A stretch of 64,000 nucleotides of DNA from an uncultured Gemmatimonadota bacterium (GCA_937961295.1 CALGOK010000014.1:10-64009), one strand, 5' to 3'. Positions 38,720 through 47,846 are shown, numbered from the stretch's first letter. The notes: generated from the letters alone by a model not told the origin. Numbers and translations: made by a program.

Positions 38720-39238
38720 TTACCAGCCCCCGTACTGGCGGGCGGCGGTTGCCACCGCCGCCGCCACCCGTTCCGGCGCGGCCTCGGCTGCGATTTCCAG
38801 CCCCGCCTTGCGGTACCACGACTCCCGCTGGGCCAGCTGTTCCCGGAGTCTCGGCAGCGGATCGCCGGCGAGGAGGGGGCGGTCGGCCGCGGCGCCGAGT
38901 CGGCGGGCGGCGACCTCCGGCGAGACCGACAGATATAAGGAGAGGGCGGCCGGTTCGGCGCGCTCCAGGTTGCCGGGCACCGCGGCCCAGCCGCCGCCGG
39001 CAGCGATCAGCTGGGGGGGCCCGGCCAGGGCGCCGTCCATGGCCGCGCGCTCCAGCTCGCGGAAGGCGGCCTCGCCCTCCTCGGCGAAGATCGCGGCGAT
39101 CGGACGACCGGCGTCGCGTGCGATGATGTCGTCGAGGTCGCACCACGGCGCGCCGAGGAGCTCGGCGGCGAGCCGGGCGACCGTGGACTTTCCCGACCCC
39201 GAGAGGCCGACAAGGATGACCGGCCTCGGGGTGCTCAG
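38720..39238 (-). CDS. aroK: shikimate kinase; start codon unclear (candidate CTG at 39238 overlapping the aroC stop)
   Basis: The P-loop [13 protein letters not shown] is encoded at about 39220-39182, in frame with ORF 38720..39040. No ATG/GTG/TTG exists in frame upstream of the P-loop. GGG..RPLL motifs lie downstream. Confidence 0.75.
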   Translation of the reverse strand: MSTPRPVILVGLSGSGKSTVARLAAELLGAPWCDLDDIIARDAGRPIAAIFAEEGEAAFRELERAAMDGALAGPPQLIAAGGGWAAVPGNLERAEPAALSLYLSVSPEVAARRLGAAADRPLLAGDPLPRLREQLAQRESWYRKAGLEIAAEAAPERVAAAVATAARQYGGW

Positions 39239-40446
39239 GGCGCAGGCTCCTGCTCGCCCATCGCCGCGCGGCGGCCGGCGAGCGCGGCGAGGTAGCCATC
39301 GAGGTTGCGGCGCATCTCGCCGAGCGAGTCGCCGCCGAACTTCTCCAGCATCGCCTCGGCAAGCACCAGCGCCACGAGCGCCTCGGCGATCACGCCCATC
39401 GCCGGCACCGCAGTGACGTCGGAGCGCTCGCTCTGCGCGTTGGCCTCGGCGCCGGTGTCGAGATGCACCGTCTTGAGCGGCGACATGAGGGTCGAGATCG
39501 GCTTCATCGCGACGCGCACCACCAGCGGCTCGCCGGTGGACATCCCGCCCTCGAGTCCGCCGGCGTTGTTGCCCTGGCGGGCGAAGCCGGCGCCGCGGAC
39601 GTGGTCACCCGCCGAGATGATCGGGTCGTGCACCTCGGAGCCGGGACGGCGGGCGGCCTCGAAGCCGAGCCCCACCTCGATCCCCTTCACGGCAGGGATC
39701 GACATCAGCATGCCGGCGAGCCGGCCGTCGAGCTTGCGATCCCAGTGCACGTGCGAGCCGAGCCCCACCGGGAGGCCGTGGGCGACCACCTCGATCTCGC
39801 CGCCGAGGGTGTCGCCGTCCTTCTTGGCCCGGTCGATCCGTGCGATCATCGCCGCCTCGGCGTCCTTGTCGAGGACGCGGACGGGGGAGGCGTCGGATCG
39901 GTCATTCAGGGGACGGGGAACGGGGGACGGGGAACAGGTCACGCCCCCCAGCGACACCACGTGCGACCCGATCTCGACGCCGAGTGCATCGAGCAACCGG
40001 CGGGCGACGGCGCCGCAGGCGACGCGCGCGGTGGTCTCGCGGGCCGAGGCGCGCTCGAGGATGTCGCGGGCATCGTGGCGGTCGTACTTGAGGACACCCA
40101 CCAGGTCGGCGTGGCCGGGCCGCGGCCGCGCCACCCGGCGGCGGCGTTCCTCGCCCGGGGTCCCCTCGGCCGCCATCACGTCTTCCCAGTTGGCCCAGTC
40201 GCGGTTGGCGATCAGCATGGCGATCGGCGAGCCGAGGGTTTCCCCGGCGCGGATCCCGGCCAGGAACTCGACCCGGTCCTGCTCGATCTTCATCCGGGCG
40301 CCGCGGCCGTAGCCCTGCATCCGGCGCTTGAGGTCGTGATCGACCCACGGCGCGTCGAGCGGGAGTCCGGCGGGAATCCCCTCGACGATGGCGACGAGGG
40401 CCTTGCCGTGGGACTCCCCGGCCGTGAGAAACCGTAGGCTAGGCAT
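39235..40446 (-). CDS. aroC: chorismate synthase
   Basis: 403 aa. Starts [27 protein letters not shown]. Also has RPGHAD and SARETT motifs. Confidence 0.95.
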   Translation of the reverse strand: MPSLRFLTAGESHGKALVAIVEGIPAGLPLDAPWVDHDLKRRMQGYGRGARMKIEQDRVEFLAGIRAGETLGSPIAMLIANRDWANWEDVMAAEGTPGEERRRRVARPRPGHADLVGVLKYDRHDARDILERASARETTARVACGAVARRLLDALGVEIGSHVVSLGGVTCSPSPVPRPLNDRSDASPVRVLDKDAEAAMIARIDRAKKDGDTLGGEIEVVAHGLPVGLGSHVHWDRKLDGRLAGMLMSIPAVKGIEVGLGFEAARRPGSEVHDPIISAGDHVRGAGFARQGNNAGGLEGGMSTGEPLVVRVAMKPISTLMSPLKTVHLDTGAEANAQSERSDVTAVPAMGVIAEALVALVLAEAMLEKFGGDSLGEMRRNLDGYLAALAGRRAAMGEQEPAP

Positions 40447-40567
40447 GGGGAGAGAAGATACGCTGGGAGGGCCGCCGCTGTCGCGCCGCGTGCGGCGCGG
40501 CCGACTTCGGGACCATCACCGATCGGCCGCGCCCTTCGGGCGCGGAAGCGAACCGGCCCCGCCCCCA

Positions 40568-40605
40568 AACGCAACGCGCCCGGCATCGGCCGGGCGCGTT
40601 GCGTT
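40568..40605 (-). terminator. strong hairpin terminator candidate after pilQ
   Basis: AACGCAACGCGCCCGGC-ATCG-GCCGGGCGCGTTGCGTT is a perfect 17-bp stem. On the minus strand it is followed by TTTGGGGG. Confidence 0.6.
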
Positions 40606-40619
40606 CACGGGCGTCGGAG

Positions 40620-42416
40620 CTATTCCACCGGATCGTCGATGATCCGCGGCGTGACCATCACGATCAGGTCGCGGCGGTTCTCGCGGTTCTCGGTGAACGA
40701 GAACAGGTTGCCGACGAACGGCAGCGACGACAGCAGCGGGATCCCGGCGCGGTTGCGGGTCACGGTGGTGGTGGTGAGGCCACCGATCACCGCGGTCTCG
40801 CCGTCGCGCACCAGCAGCCGCGACTTGGCGATCTGCTTGGGGATGGTGAACCCCAGGTCGGCCGCGGCGAGCGGCTGGATCGACGAGCGCTCGGCCTCGA
40901 CGTCCATCCGGATCTCGCGCGACGCCGTCACGCTCGGGGTGACCGTCAGCTTGATGCCGGTCTCCTTGAACTGCACGTTGGCACGCGGCGCCTGGTTGAC
41001 CTGGCCGAACGACGAGGCGTCGATGACGCGCACCGGCGTCTCCTCGCCGCTCAGGATGTAGGCCTGCTGGTTGTCGAGGGTGTGGATGATCGGCACCGCC
41101 TCGACGTCGGTCAGCTCCACCCGCTCCAGCGCGCTCAGGAACGCCGTCACCGAGAAGCCGCCGATGGCGGTGGTGAACGCCAGGTCGAGCGCCGACCCGG
41201 TGATGATGGCGTCCGCGTTGGTGATCGCCGACATGGCGTTGCCGCCGAGGTTGACGATCTGCGTGTTCGGATTGTACGGTTGCCCGGTGAGCGGGTCGAT
41301 CCGCTGGATCAGCTTGTTGAAGAACTGCTCGCTGGTGCCCAGGTCGTACTTGAACCCGAGCTGGGCGAGGTCGGTGCGGTCGACGAAGATCAGCTTGGCC
41401 TGGATCGCCACCGTCGGGGTCCGGATGTCCATCCCCTGGATGAACTGCACGATCGACGGCAGCTTGGTCCGGGTGTCGGTGATGATCAGCGCATTGAGCG
41501 ACGAGTCGGCCACCACCGCGCCGCGGCCCGGCGTCAGCATCGACGCCATGGTGGCGGCCATCTGGCCGGCCTTGGCGTAGTTGAGCCGCACCATCTGGGT
41601 CTGCAGCACCTCGATCGAGTCGAGCTTGGCGAGCTCGCCCGGCGAGTCGATCCGCAGGATGCCGCCCGGCAACTCGGCCACCGAGAGGCCGTGGGCCGAG
41701 AGCAGCGCGTGGAAGGCGTACTCCCACGGCTGGTTGGTGATGGTGGCGTCGACGTTGCCCTGGACGCCGGGGCCGACCACGATGTCGCGGCCGCTGAACG
41801 CCGCGAACGCGCGAGCCACTTCCGCCCAGCTGGCCTGCTCGAAGTAGACGTCGATCGGCGGTCCGTCCTGCTGGCGCGCCTGCTGCTGTGCCGCCTTGCC
41901 CATCACCGTCCCAGCGCCGGCGGAGCCGGTGGAGTGGGTCATGGTGAGCGTCTCGCGCGCCGGTGCCGGGCGGGCCGCCACTGGCACGGCAGCCGGGGCG
42001 CGGCCGCCGAGCTGCCAGGCATCGAACGGTTCGTCGGCGTAGGCCACGGTGATCACGCCGGGCGTGTCGCCGTTCACGCGGTACGCCGGGAGCCGGTCGA
42101 ATTCCAGCACCACTCGCACCACGTTGACCTCGTGCTGGCGCACGCGGACGTCGCGGACGCTGCCGCGGCGGAGTCCGTCGTACGCGCTGGCCTGCTCGAG
42201 CGTGGCGCCCTGCAGGTCGAGGACCAGGCGGGCCGGGTCGGTGAGCGTGAAGTCGCGGATCGTGACGGTGCCTTCGACCGCGATCGCGAGCCGCGCGGCG
42301 CCGCCCGAGTGCGACAGGGTCACCGCGGTGACCTTGGCGTCGGGGGCGGGCAGTTCGGCGGCCGGGGCGGCGACGAGCGCCGCCGGCAGCAGCCAGGCAT
42401 ATGAGCGGGTGATCAT
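40620..42416 (-). CDS. pilQ: type IV pilus secretin PilQ (AMIN domain + secretin)
   Basis: 598 aa. AMIN-like N-terminus (ARLVLDLQGA). C-terminal secretin motifs GGLTTTTVTRNRAGIPLLSSLPFVGNLF and LIVMVTPRI. Confidence 0.9.
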   Translation of the reverse strand: MITRSYAWLLPAALVAAPAAELPAPDAKVTAVTLSHSGGAARLAIAVEGTVTIRDFTLTDPARLVLDLQGATLEQASAYDGLRRGSVRDVRVRQHEVNVVRVVLEFDRLPAYRVNGDTPGVITVAYADEPFDAWQLGGRAPAAVPVAARPAPARETLTMTHSTGSAGAGTVMGKAAQQQARQQDGPPIDVYFEQASWAEVARAFAAFSGRDIVVGPGVQGNVDATITNQPWEYAFHALLSAHGLSVAELPGGILRIDSPGELAKLDSIEVLQTQMVRLNYAKAGQMAATMASMLTPGRGAVVADSSLNALIITDTRTKLPSIVQFIQGMDIRTPTVAIQAKLIFVDRTDLAQLGFKYDLGTSEQFFNKLIQRIDPLTGQPYNPNTQIVNLGGNAMSAITNADAIITGSALDLAFTTAIGGFSVTAFLSALERVELTDVEAVPIIHTLDNQQAYILSGEETPVRVIDASSFGQVNQAPRANVQFKETGIKLTVTPSVTASREIRMDVEAERSSIQPLAAADLGFTIPKQIAKSRLLVRDGETAVIGGLTTTTVTRNRAGIPLLSSLPFVGNLFSFTENRENRRDLIVMVTPRIIDDPVE

Positions 42417-42925
42417 GGCGTCCCGTCCTCCGATCGACGGACATGGAAGGTCTGGTCTCGGATCGTGCCGAAATCGTTGAGGCGAAGCACGGCGATACCC
42501 GGCGAGATCTGTACCACGGTGAGGCGGCCGATGCGCTGGCCCGGGCTCACGGTGTAGCGCCGGCTGCTGCCGCGATCCTGGAAGATCGCGATCGAGCGCG
42601 ACGGATCGGACGGCTGGTAGATCACCGACGAGAGCGAGAGGTCGCCGAGCTCGGGGCCGCCGCCCGCCTCCGCGGTGAAGAGCGGCCGGAACGGGTCGCG
42701 CGGCGCCGGGTCCCAGCGATACACCTCGCGGAGCAGCGGGCGCTCGCCGGCCGCGGCCGCGGTGTCGAACGCCACCGCCACGTGGGCCGCGGGTGCCGCC
42801 GAGTCGGCGGCGGGGGTCGCCGCGGCCTCGGCAATCGGCGGCGTGGCGGCGTCGTCGGTGGCCGCGCCGCCGCCGCAGGCGGCGAGCAGCAGCAGCCCGG
42901 CCAGCAGCCTCGCGTCACGTGCCAT
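42413..42925 (-). CDS. pilP: pilus assembly lipoprotein PilP
   Basis: ATG at 42925. Lipobox LLLLAAC|GG. C-terminal YTVSPGQRIGRLTVVQISPGIAVL beta-domain. ATGA-coupled to pilQ. Confidence 0.75.
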   Translation of the reverse strand: MARDARLLAGLLLLAACGGGAATDDAATPPIAEAAATPAADSAAPAAHVAVAFDTAAAAGERPLLREVYRWDPAPRDPFRPLFTAEAGGGPELGDLSLSSVIYQPSDPSRSIAIFQDRGSSRRYTVSPGQRIGRLTVVQISPGIAVLRLNDFGTIRDQTFHVRRSEDGTP

Positions 42926-43538
42926 TGGTCGTATCCTCCGCCGGCGGCGCCTTGACGTACGTGCGCACGCTGAAGGTGGCCTGCAGCATCGAGAGGGAGT
43001 CGCCGAGGAACCGGGCCGCATTCGGATCGGCGCGCGAGATCTGCACGTTCATCGGCACGATGATCCGGCGCAGCGTCGCCACGTCGGTCAGGAACTGGCC
43101 GACCTGGTTGTAGCGGCCGATCACTGCGAAGCCATGCATGTGGGTGTCGAACGGCTCGGGGCCGGCCACCGGGGTCGCCGGCGTGTACCGCACCACCTGC
43201 AGCCCGCGCACCTTCGCGCGGATGTTGATGTCGTCGATCAGGTTGGCGACCTCCGACTGCTCCGGAACCAGCGCCCGGAGCACGCCGAGCGATGCGCCGT
43301 ACGCCTCGGCGCGCTCGCGCACCTGCTCCACCGACTCGGTGGCCAGCGAGCGCTTGGCGGAGTCGATCCGCGCCCGCACCGAGGCCAGGGTGTCGGCGGT
43401 CGAGTCGACGCGCATCATCTGCTCGCGGGCCCCGGGGAGCCCGATCATGTCGAGCACCGCCCCGGTGTAGCCGACGTAGGCGACCAGCCCGGCGATCAGG
43501 ATCAGGAGGATCGGGGTGGACCGTGGAGTCTCCGCCAT
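42915..43538 (-). CDS. pilO: pilus assembly protein PilO
   Basis: ATG at 43538. Single TM helix STPILLILIAGLVAYVGY, a coiled coil, and a ferredoxin-like C-terminus. Position between pilN and pilP. Confidence 0.75.
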   Translation of the reverse strand: MAETPRSTPILLILIAGLVAYVGYTGAVLDMIGLPGAREQMMRVDSTADTLASVRARIDSAKRSLATESVEQVRERAEAYGASLGVLRALVPEQSEVANLIDDINIRAKVRGLQVVRYTPATPVAGPEPFDTHMHGFAVIGRYNQVGQFLTDVATLRRIIVPMNVQISRADPNAARFLGDSLSMLQATFSVRTYVKAPPAEDTTNGT

Positions 43539-43540
43539 CG

Positions 43541-44221
43541 TCAGTCCTCCACCACCGACTCGAGGATCGGCGTCGTCCGGATGTAGGACGAGTCCGCCCG
43601 CGAGAAGGAGGCCTGGATGGTGAACTCGGTCAGCGCCCGGTTGCCCTCGATGACCTGCTCGGCGCGGATCGGCAGCACGTTGACCAGCCACGGGCTCGCC
43701 TCGAGCCGGCGCAGGAACGTGGTGTAGTTGCCGAGGTCGGCCGTGCGGCCGACGATCGAGATGGACGGCGGCGGGAACTCACCCGGCACCGGCGCGGTGG
43801 TCGGCGCGATGTGGGCGATCGACGTCAGCCAGGTCCCGTCGGGGAGGGCGTCGCCGATGTCCGCCAGCATGTGCGGCCAGATGTAGCGGTCGCGATCGAC
43901 CGCGCTGATCGTGCCGATCTGCGCCAGGATCGAGTCGCGCGCGCGCTCCTCGCGGCGCTTCTCGCGCATGAAGCCCTGGTAGCGCGCGTACTCGGCGCGG
44001 GCCTCGTCGAGCTCGGGACCGAGCGAGGCCATCCGCGCGCCCGAGGAGATGAACATCCAGCCGAGGCCGAGGATGACGATGGCCCAGGCGGCGATGGCCG
44101 CCATCTGCCACGGCTCCTTGATGCCGCTGGTCATCCCGCGCAGCCGCTCGCCGATCCCGGCGAACGCCGCCCCGCGCTGCACCGCCCGCTTGGCACCCGG
44201 ACGGAGGTTGATCGTGATCAT
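43541..44221 (-). CDS. pilN: pilus assembly protein PilN
   Basis: The MITINLRPG N-terminus is the PilN INLLP-type motif. One TM helix. Position after pilM. Confidence 0.8.
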   Translation of the reverse strand: MITINLRPGAKRAVQRGAAFAGIGERLRGMTSGIKEPWQMAAIAAWAIVILGLGWMFISSGARMASLGPELDEARAEYARYQGFMREKRREERARDSILAQIGTISAVDRDRYIWPHMLADIGDALPDGTWLTSIAHIAPTTAPVPGEFPPPSISIVGRTADLGNYTTFLRRLEASPWLVNVLPIRAEQVIEGNRALTEFTIQASFSRADSSYIRTTPILESVVED

Positions 44222-44234
44222 CGGTCGATCCTCC

Positions 44235-45278
44235 TCACGCCGCGGTCCGAAGGGCGAGTCCCACGGGGAGCATCAGCAGCGGCGCGACCTCGTCCATCGA
44301 CAGGCTGTCGAAGGCGTGGGGCGCCACGTCGCGGCGTTCAATCGGATGGGCCGGGGTGACCGGCACCTTGAGGCGGTCGGCGAGCACGCCGGCCAGGCCG
44401 GGCACCCGTGAGCCACCGCCGGTGAGATACACCCGCGAGAGCTGCGCCGAGGGACGCGAGGCGGTCTGCAGGAACGCCGCCGCGCGCTCGATGCCGAGCG
44501 CCATCTCCTCGCCGCGCGACGCGACGTGCGGCGCCAGCGCCGGGTCGAGGTCGCCGCCGCGCACCACGCGGTCGGCCGCCTCGGCCGGCATCCCGCGCTC
44601 GCGCTGCAGGTCCTCGCGCAGCCGCCGCACGCCGATCGGCAGGTCGCGGGTGAGCACCGGGACGCCGTCCTCGAGCAGGTTCACGATGGTGGTCTCGTGG
44701 CCGATGTTGGCCAGCGCCACCACGCCCCGCATCGCCTCGGGATAGTTCCGCTCGAACGCGTTGTGGAGCGCGAACGCCTCGACGTCGATCACCCGCGCGT
44801 CGAGCCCGATCTCGGCCAGCAGCGCCAGCTTCGACTCGACCAGCTCGCGCTTGGCCGCGACGAGCAGCACCTGCATCTCGAGCCCCTCGCCATCGGGGTC
44901 GAGGATCTGGAAGTCGAGTTCGACGTTTTCGGGATCGAAGGGCACGTGCTTGTCGGCTTCCCAACGGATCACGTCCCGGGCATCGGCTTCCTTCATCCGA
45001 TCCATCGGGATCTTCTTGATGATCACGTCGCGGCCGCCGACGGCCACGGTCACGTCCTTCGTCTTGATTTGCGCGGTGGCGAGGAGGTCCCGCACGGCAT
45101 CGGCCACGAGCCGCGGGTCCATCACTTCGCCCTCGACGATGGCATCGTCGGCAACGCGTGCGATCGCGACCTGCTCCAGGACGGGGTGGCCCGATCCGTG
45201 GTTGATCACGACGGCCTTGATGAACCCGCTGCCGATATCGAGTCCCACCGTGGAGCGCGCGCGGGGGAAGAGCGCCAT
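44235..45278 (-). CDS. pilM: pilus assembly ATPase-like protein PilM (actin-like fold)
   Basis: ATG at 45278. Starts MALFPRARSTVGLDIGSGFIKAVV and has YLTGGGSRVPGL. Confidence 0.9.
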   Translation of the reverse strand: MALFPRARSTVGLDIGSGFIKAVVINHGSGHPVLEQVAIARVADDAIVEGEVMDPRLVADAVRDLLATAQIKTKDVTVAVGGRDVIIKKIPMDRMKEADARDVIRWEADKHVPFDPENVELDFQILDPDGEGLEMQVLLVAAKRELVESKLALLAEIGLDARVIDVEAFALHNAFERNYPEAMRGVVALANIGHETTIVNLLEDGVPVLTRDLPIGVRRLREDLQRERGMPAEAADRVVRGGDLDPALAPHVASRGEEMALGIERAAAFLQTASRPSAQLSRVYLTGGGSRVPGLAGVLADRLKVPVTPAHPIERRDVAPHAFDSLSMDEVAPLLMLPVGLALRTAA

Positions 45279-45311
45279 ATGAGCCCGGATTGTGCGGTGG
45301 AGGGTTGACGT

Positions 45312-45341
45312 ACGGTACTGCCGGAGTGTCCGGCAAGTCAA
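45312..45341 (-). promoter_or_regulatory. possible sigma-70-type promoter for pilM with a palindrome in the spacer
   Basis: The minus strand reads TTGACT-18 nt-TACCGT. The spacer contains TGCCGGA-CAC-TCCGGCA. Weak evidence, by eye only. Confidence 0.25.
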
Positions 45342-45465
45342 GCAGCGTACCGATGACCAACCCGTTGTCCGAGGACCACTTACGGCCTGGAGTCCCCGGG
45401 CGAAACCGGGACTTGCGCCCCGGCGACCCCGATCCGGGGTCGCACCACTCGTGCCACCGGCGTCC

Positions 45466-45882
45466 TCACCAGCGGGGCCGGCTGCCCAGCACGTTGGCAG
45501 TATCGGCGCCGCCGAGCGCGAGGAGGAGGGTGCCGTCGCGCGCCGCGAGCGGGCGGCCGGCACCGTCGCGGCGCCCGACGGCCACGTGGAGCCACACGAG
45601 GGCGGCGGCGGCCTCGCGCGCCGCCGTCACCACCACATCCCCTCCGACCACCCGCGGCGGCGCCACCGCCACGATCGCCCCCGGGGGGAGCGCACCCAGC
45701 GCCGAGTCGTGCGTCACCCTCGCCCTGGCAATGGCGGTGTGCAGGGCGAGCTCCGCCTCGACGGCCAGGCGTCGATCGCCCACCAGGCGCATCCGGGTCG
45801 CGCTCGCCGCCAGCGCGACCGCCGCCAGCGACTCGAGCAGCACCACCAGGGCGAGCGCCCACGCGAGCACCATCGCGTTCAC
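45466..45882 (-). CDS. PilX-like pilus assembly protein (N-terminal hydrophobic helix)
   Basis: GTG at 45882 is GTGA-coupled to the upstream stop. Starts VNAMVLAWALALVVLLESLAAVALAASATRMRL, which resembles the PilX_N type. Confidence 0.55.
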   Translation of the reverse strand: MNAMVLAWALALVVLLESLAAVALAASATRMRLVGDRRLAVEAELALHTAIARARVTHDSALGALPPGAIVAVAPPRVVGGDVVVTAAREAAAALVWLHVAVGRRDGAGRPLAARDGTLLLALGGADTANVLGSRPRW

Positions 45883-46571
45883 TCCAATGGGGCGAGCAGC
45901 GACGCACTCACCCCCGCCGCGCCGCGGAACTGCAGCCGGAGCGCCCCCGACTGGTGCCACCACTGCACGCCGACCGGATCGACCGGGCCGGCGAGCGGCT
46001 GGATCACGCCACCGTTCCAGCGATGCTCGAGCCCGACCGCGGTCGCCCCGCCGCTGGCGTAGCGGCGCAGCCGCACCGGCTCGACAATGCGAACGTGCAC
46101 TGCGGCGGACACCGGGAGGCCGGGCGCGATCCGCAGCGCGTTCGACCCGTCGGGGCATCGGTCGGTTGCGACATCGTCCACCGCGCGCCGCAGCCAGGCA
46201 ACCGGGTCGGCGGTTGCCAGCACCACCAGCTCGTCGCGCGCCGCCGCCGGCAGGCGTTCGCCCCGCCAGGCCGCCGCGCGGAGCAGCAGGGTGTCGCCGG
46301 CCATCCCGCACACCGGAGCCTCGCCGACCGGCCGGTCGAACTCGAGCGCCGTGGCGGCCGGGACCCGCACCTCGCTGTCCACCGCGGCGGCGAGGTCGTG
46401 CTGGAGCAGCGCCACGAGGGCCGTCGCGTCGCGCTCCTCGGCGGCACGCCGTCCGATCAAGGTCGCGGCGCCGGCGGCCCAGCGCACTGCCGCGGCGGCA
46501 ATCCCGCCGACCAGCCCCAGCAGCGCCAGCGCCACGACGAGCTCGGCGAGGGTCGCGCCCCGCGACGTCAC
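45879..46571 (-). CDS. minor pilin / pseudopilin with prepilin-type N-terminal motif
   Basis: GTG at 46571. Starts VTSRG|ATLAELVVALALLGLVGG, with Gly at -1 and Glu at +5. GTGA-coupled to the upstream gene. Confidence 0.65.
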   Translation of the reverse strand: MTSRGATLAELVVALALLGLVGGIAAAAVRWAAGAATLIGRRAAEERDATALVALLQHDLAAAVDSEVRVPAATALEFDRPVGEAPVCGMAGDTLLLRAAAWRGERLPAAARDELVVLATADPVAWLRRAVDDVATDRCPDGSNALRIAPGLPVSAAVHVRIVEPVRLRRYASGGATAVGLEHRWNGGVIQPLAGPVDPVGVQWWHQSGALRLQFRGAAGVSASLLAPLE

Positions 46572-46942
46572 CGGCCGCACCGGATCGCCAGGTGCAGGGT
46601 CGGCCGACCCGGAGCGGAGGGGAGCACCACCGGCCTCGCTTCGGGCGCCGGCGCCTGGCGGCAGTCGAGGGCGGCGGCTCGCGCCAGCACCGTGTCGCGG
46701 CGGCCAAGGTCGGTGGCGACCCGATCCCGGGCGATGCCGTCGAGGCGGAATGACGTGGCGAGCGCCGCGGCCGCCAGGATGCCGGCCACCTGCAGGAGCA
46801 GGACGGCCGCGAGCAGCTCGGGCAACGAAAGGCCGGCACGGGGACGGATCGGGACCAGGGCGCACTCCGGGTGGCGGGTGCCGCAGCATCGCCACGCCGC
46901 GCCGGGCGCGGCGGCACCCAACGACGCGGGCCGCCCGCGCAA
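46568..46942 (-). CDS. minor pilin / pseudopilin with prepilin-type N-terminal motif
   Basis: RAG|LSLPELLAAVLLLQVAGILAAAAL, with Glu at +5. The start is uncertain (TTG at 46942 gives a long leader). Confidence 0.55.
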   Translation of the reverse strand: MRGRPASLGAAAPGAAWRCCGTRHPECALVPIRPRAGLSLPELLAAVLLLQVAGILAAAALATSFRLDGIARDRVATDLGRRDTVLARAAALDCRQAPAPEARPVVLPSAPGRPTLHLAIRCGR

Positions 46943-46979
46943 CAGCGCGAGCGGCCCGGGTCACCCCTTCAGGAGGGTC

Positions 46980-47357
46980 TCAGCTGCAGGAGATCACGCC
47001 GTCCGTCGTCGTCCCCGCACCCACCGTCACCTCGCACTGCGTGAAGCCGGCGGTGATGCTCGGGTTGGTCACCGTGGCGGTGAACGACGAGACGCTGCCC
47101 ACCATCACGTGGGTGTTCCCCTGGCTGGGGCGGAACACGTTCGAGCTGAGCGTGCTGGTGTACGTGGTCCAGTCGATGTAGTACGCCTCCTGCGCCGTCA
47201 TGATGTTGCGCAGGTCGCTGCGGACCGAGGCAAGCTTGGACTTGTCCTTGGTCGCCGCGAACTTCGGGATGGCGATCGCGGCAAGGATGCCGATGATCAC
47301 CACCACGATCAGCAGCTCGATGAGCGTGAAGCCGCGCTTGCCGTTGCCGAAGGTCAT
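46980..47357 (-). CDS. pilA: type IVa major pilin (paralog 1)
   Basis: Starts MTFGNGKRG|FTLIELLIVVVIIGILAAIAIPKF. The C-terminal Cys..Cys loop ends ..DGVISCS. Confidence 0.9.
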   Translation of the reverse strand: MTFGNGKRGFTLIELLIVVVIIGILAAIAIPKFAATKDKSKLASVRSDLRNIMTAQEAYYIDWTTYTSTLSSNVFRPSQGNTHVMVGSVSSFTATVTNPSITAGFTQCEVTVGAGTTTDGVISCS

Positions 47358-47387
47358 CGCCTCATTCCCGGTCTGGCGGATAGGACA

Positions 47388-47421
47388 CGGGGTCGGTCAC
47401 CCCAAGAGAGCACCGACCCCG
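47388..47421 (-). terminator. hairpin between the tandem pilin genes (attenuator or terminator candidate)
   Basis: CGGGGTCGGT-14 nt-ACCGACCCCG is a 10-bp stem. There is no U-tract. Confidence 0.35.
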
Positions 47422-47468
47422 GTCGCCCGGACCAGCCCGTTGCCGGCCGGCCCGGTTCCCCCGCTACC

Positions 47469-47846
47469 TCAGCTGCAGATGATCACGCCGTCGGTCGTGG
47501 TGCCCGAACCGACCTGCACCTGGCACTGCTTCGGGTTGGTGGTGATCGACGCGTTGCTCACCGTCGCGGTGAACGACTGCGTGGTCCCCGACATGGCCGC
47601 GAGCGAGTTGCCGCTCGAGACGGTGAAGATCGCCGACGACAGCGTGCCGGTGTAGGTGGCGTAGTCGGAGAAGTACGCTTCCTGCGCGGTCATGATGTTG
47701 CGCAGGTCGGTCTTCACGGACGCCAGCTTCGCCTTGTCCTTGGTGGCCGCGAACTTCGGGATCGCGATGGCCGCCAGGATGCCGATGATCACGACCACGA
47801 TCAGCAGCTCGATGAGGGTGAAACCCTTGCGGTTCTTGACCAGCAT
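47469..47846 (-). CDS. pilA: type IVa major pilin (paralog 2)
   Basis: ATG at 47846. Starts MLVKNRKG|FTLIELLIVVVIIGILAAIAIPKF. The C-terminus ends ..DGVIICS. The 5' 110 nt are nearly identical to paralog 1. Confidence 0.9.
   Translation of the reverse strand: MLVKNRKGFTLIELLIVVVIIGILAAIAIPKFAATKDKAKLASVKTDLRNIMTAQEAYFSDYATYTGTLSSAIFTVSSGNSLAAMSGTTQSFTATVSNASITTNPKQCQVQVGSGTTTDGVIICS

Noticed and set aside
39903-39945. An ACGGGGA/ACGGGGG heptad-like stretch (GGGGACGGGGAACGGGGGACGGGGAAC) inside aroC, suggesting a repeat-element insertion into a coding sequence.
   Set aside because: The reading frame is intact (..[15 protein letters not shown]..) and it falls in a loop that is variable among chorismate synthases. 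With only one arm and no inverted partner, I cannot distinguish it from chance G-rich coding sequence.
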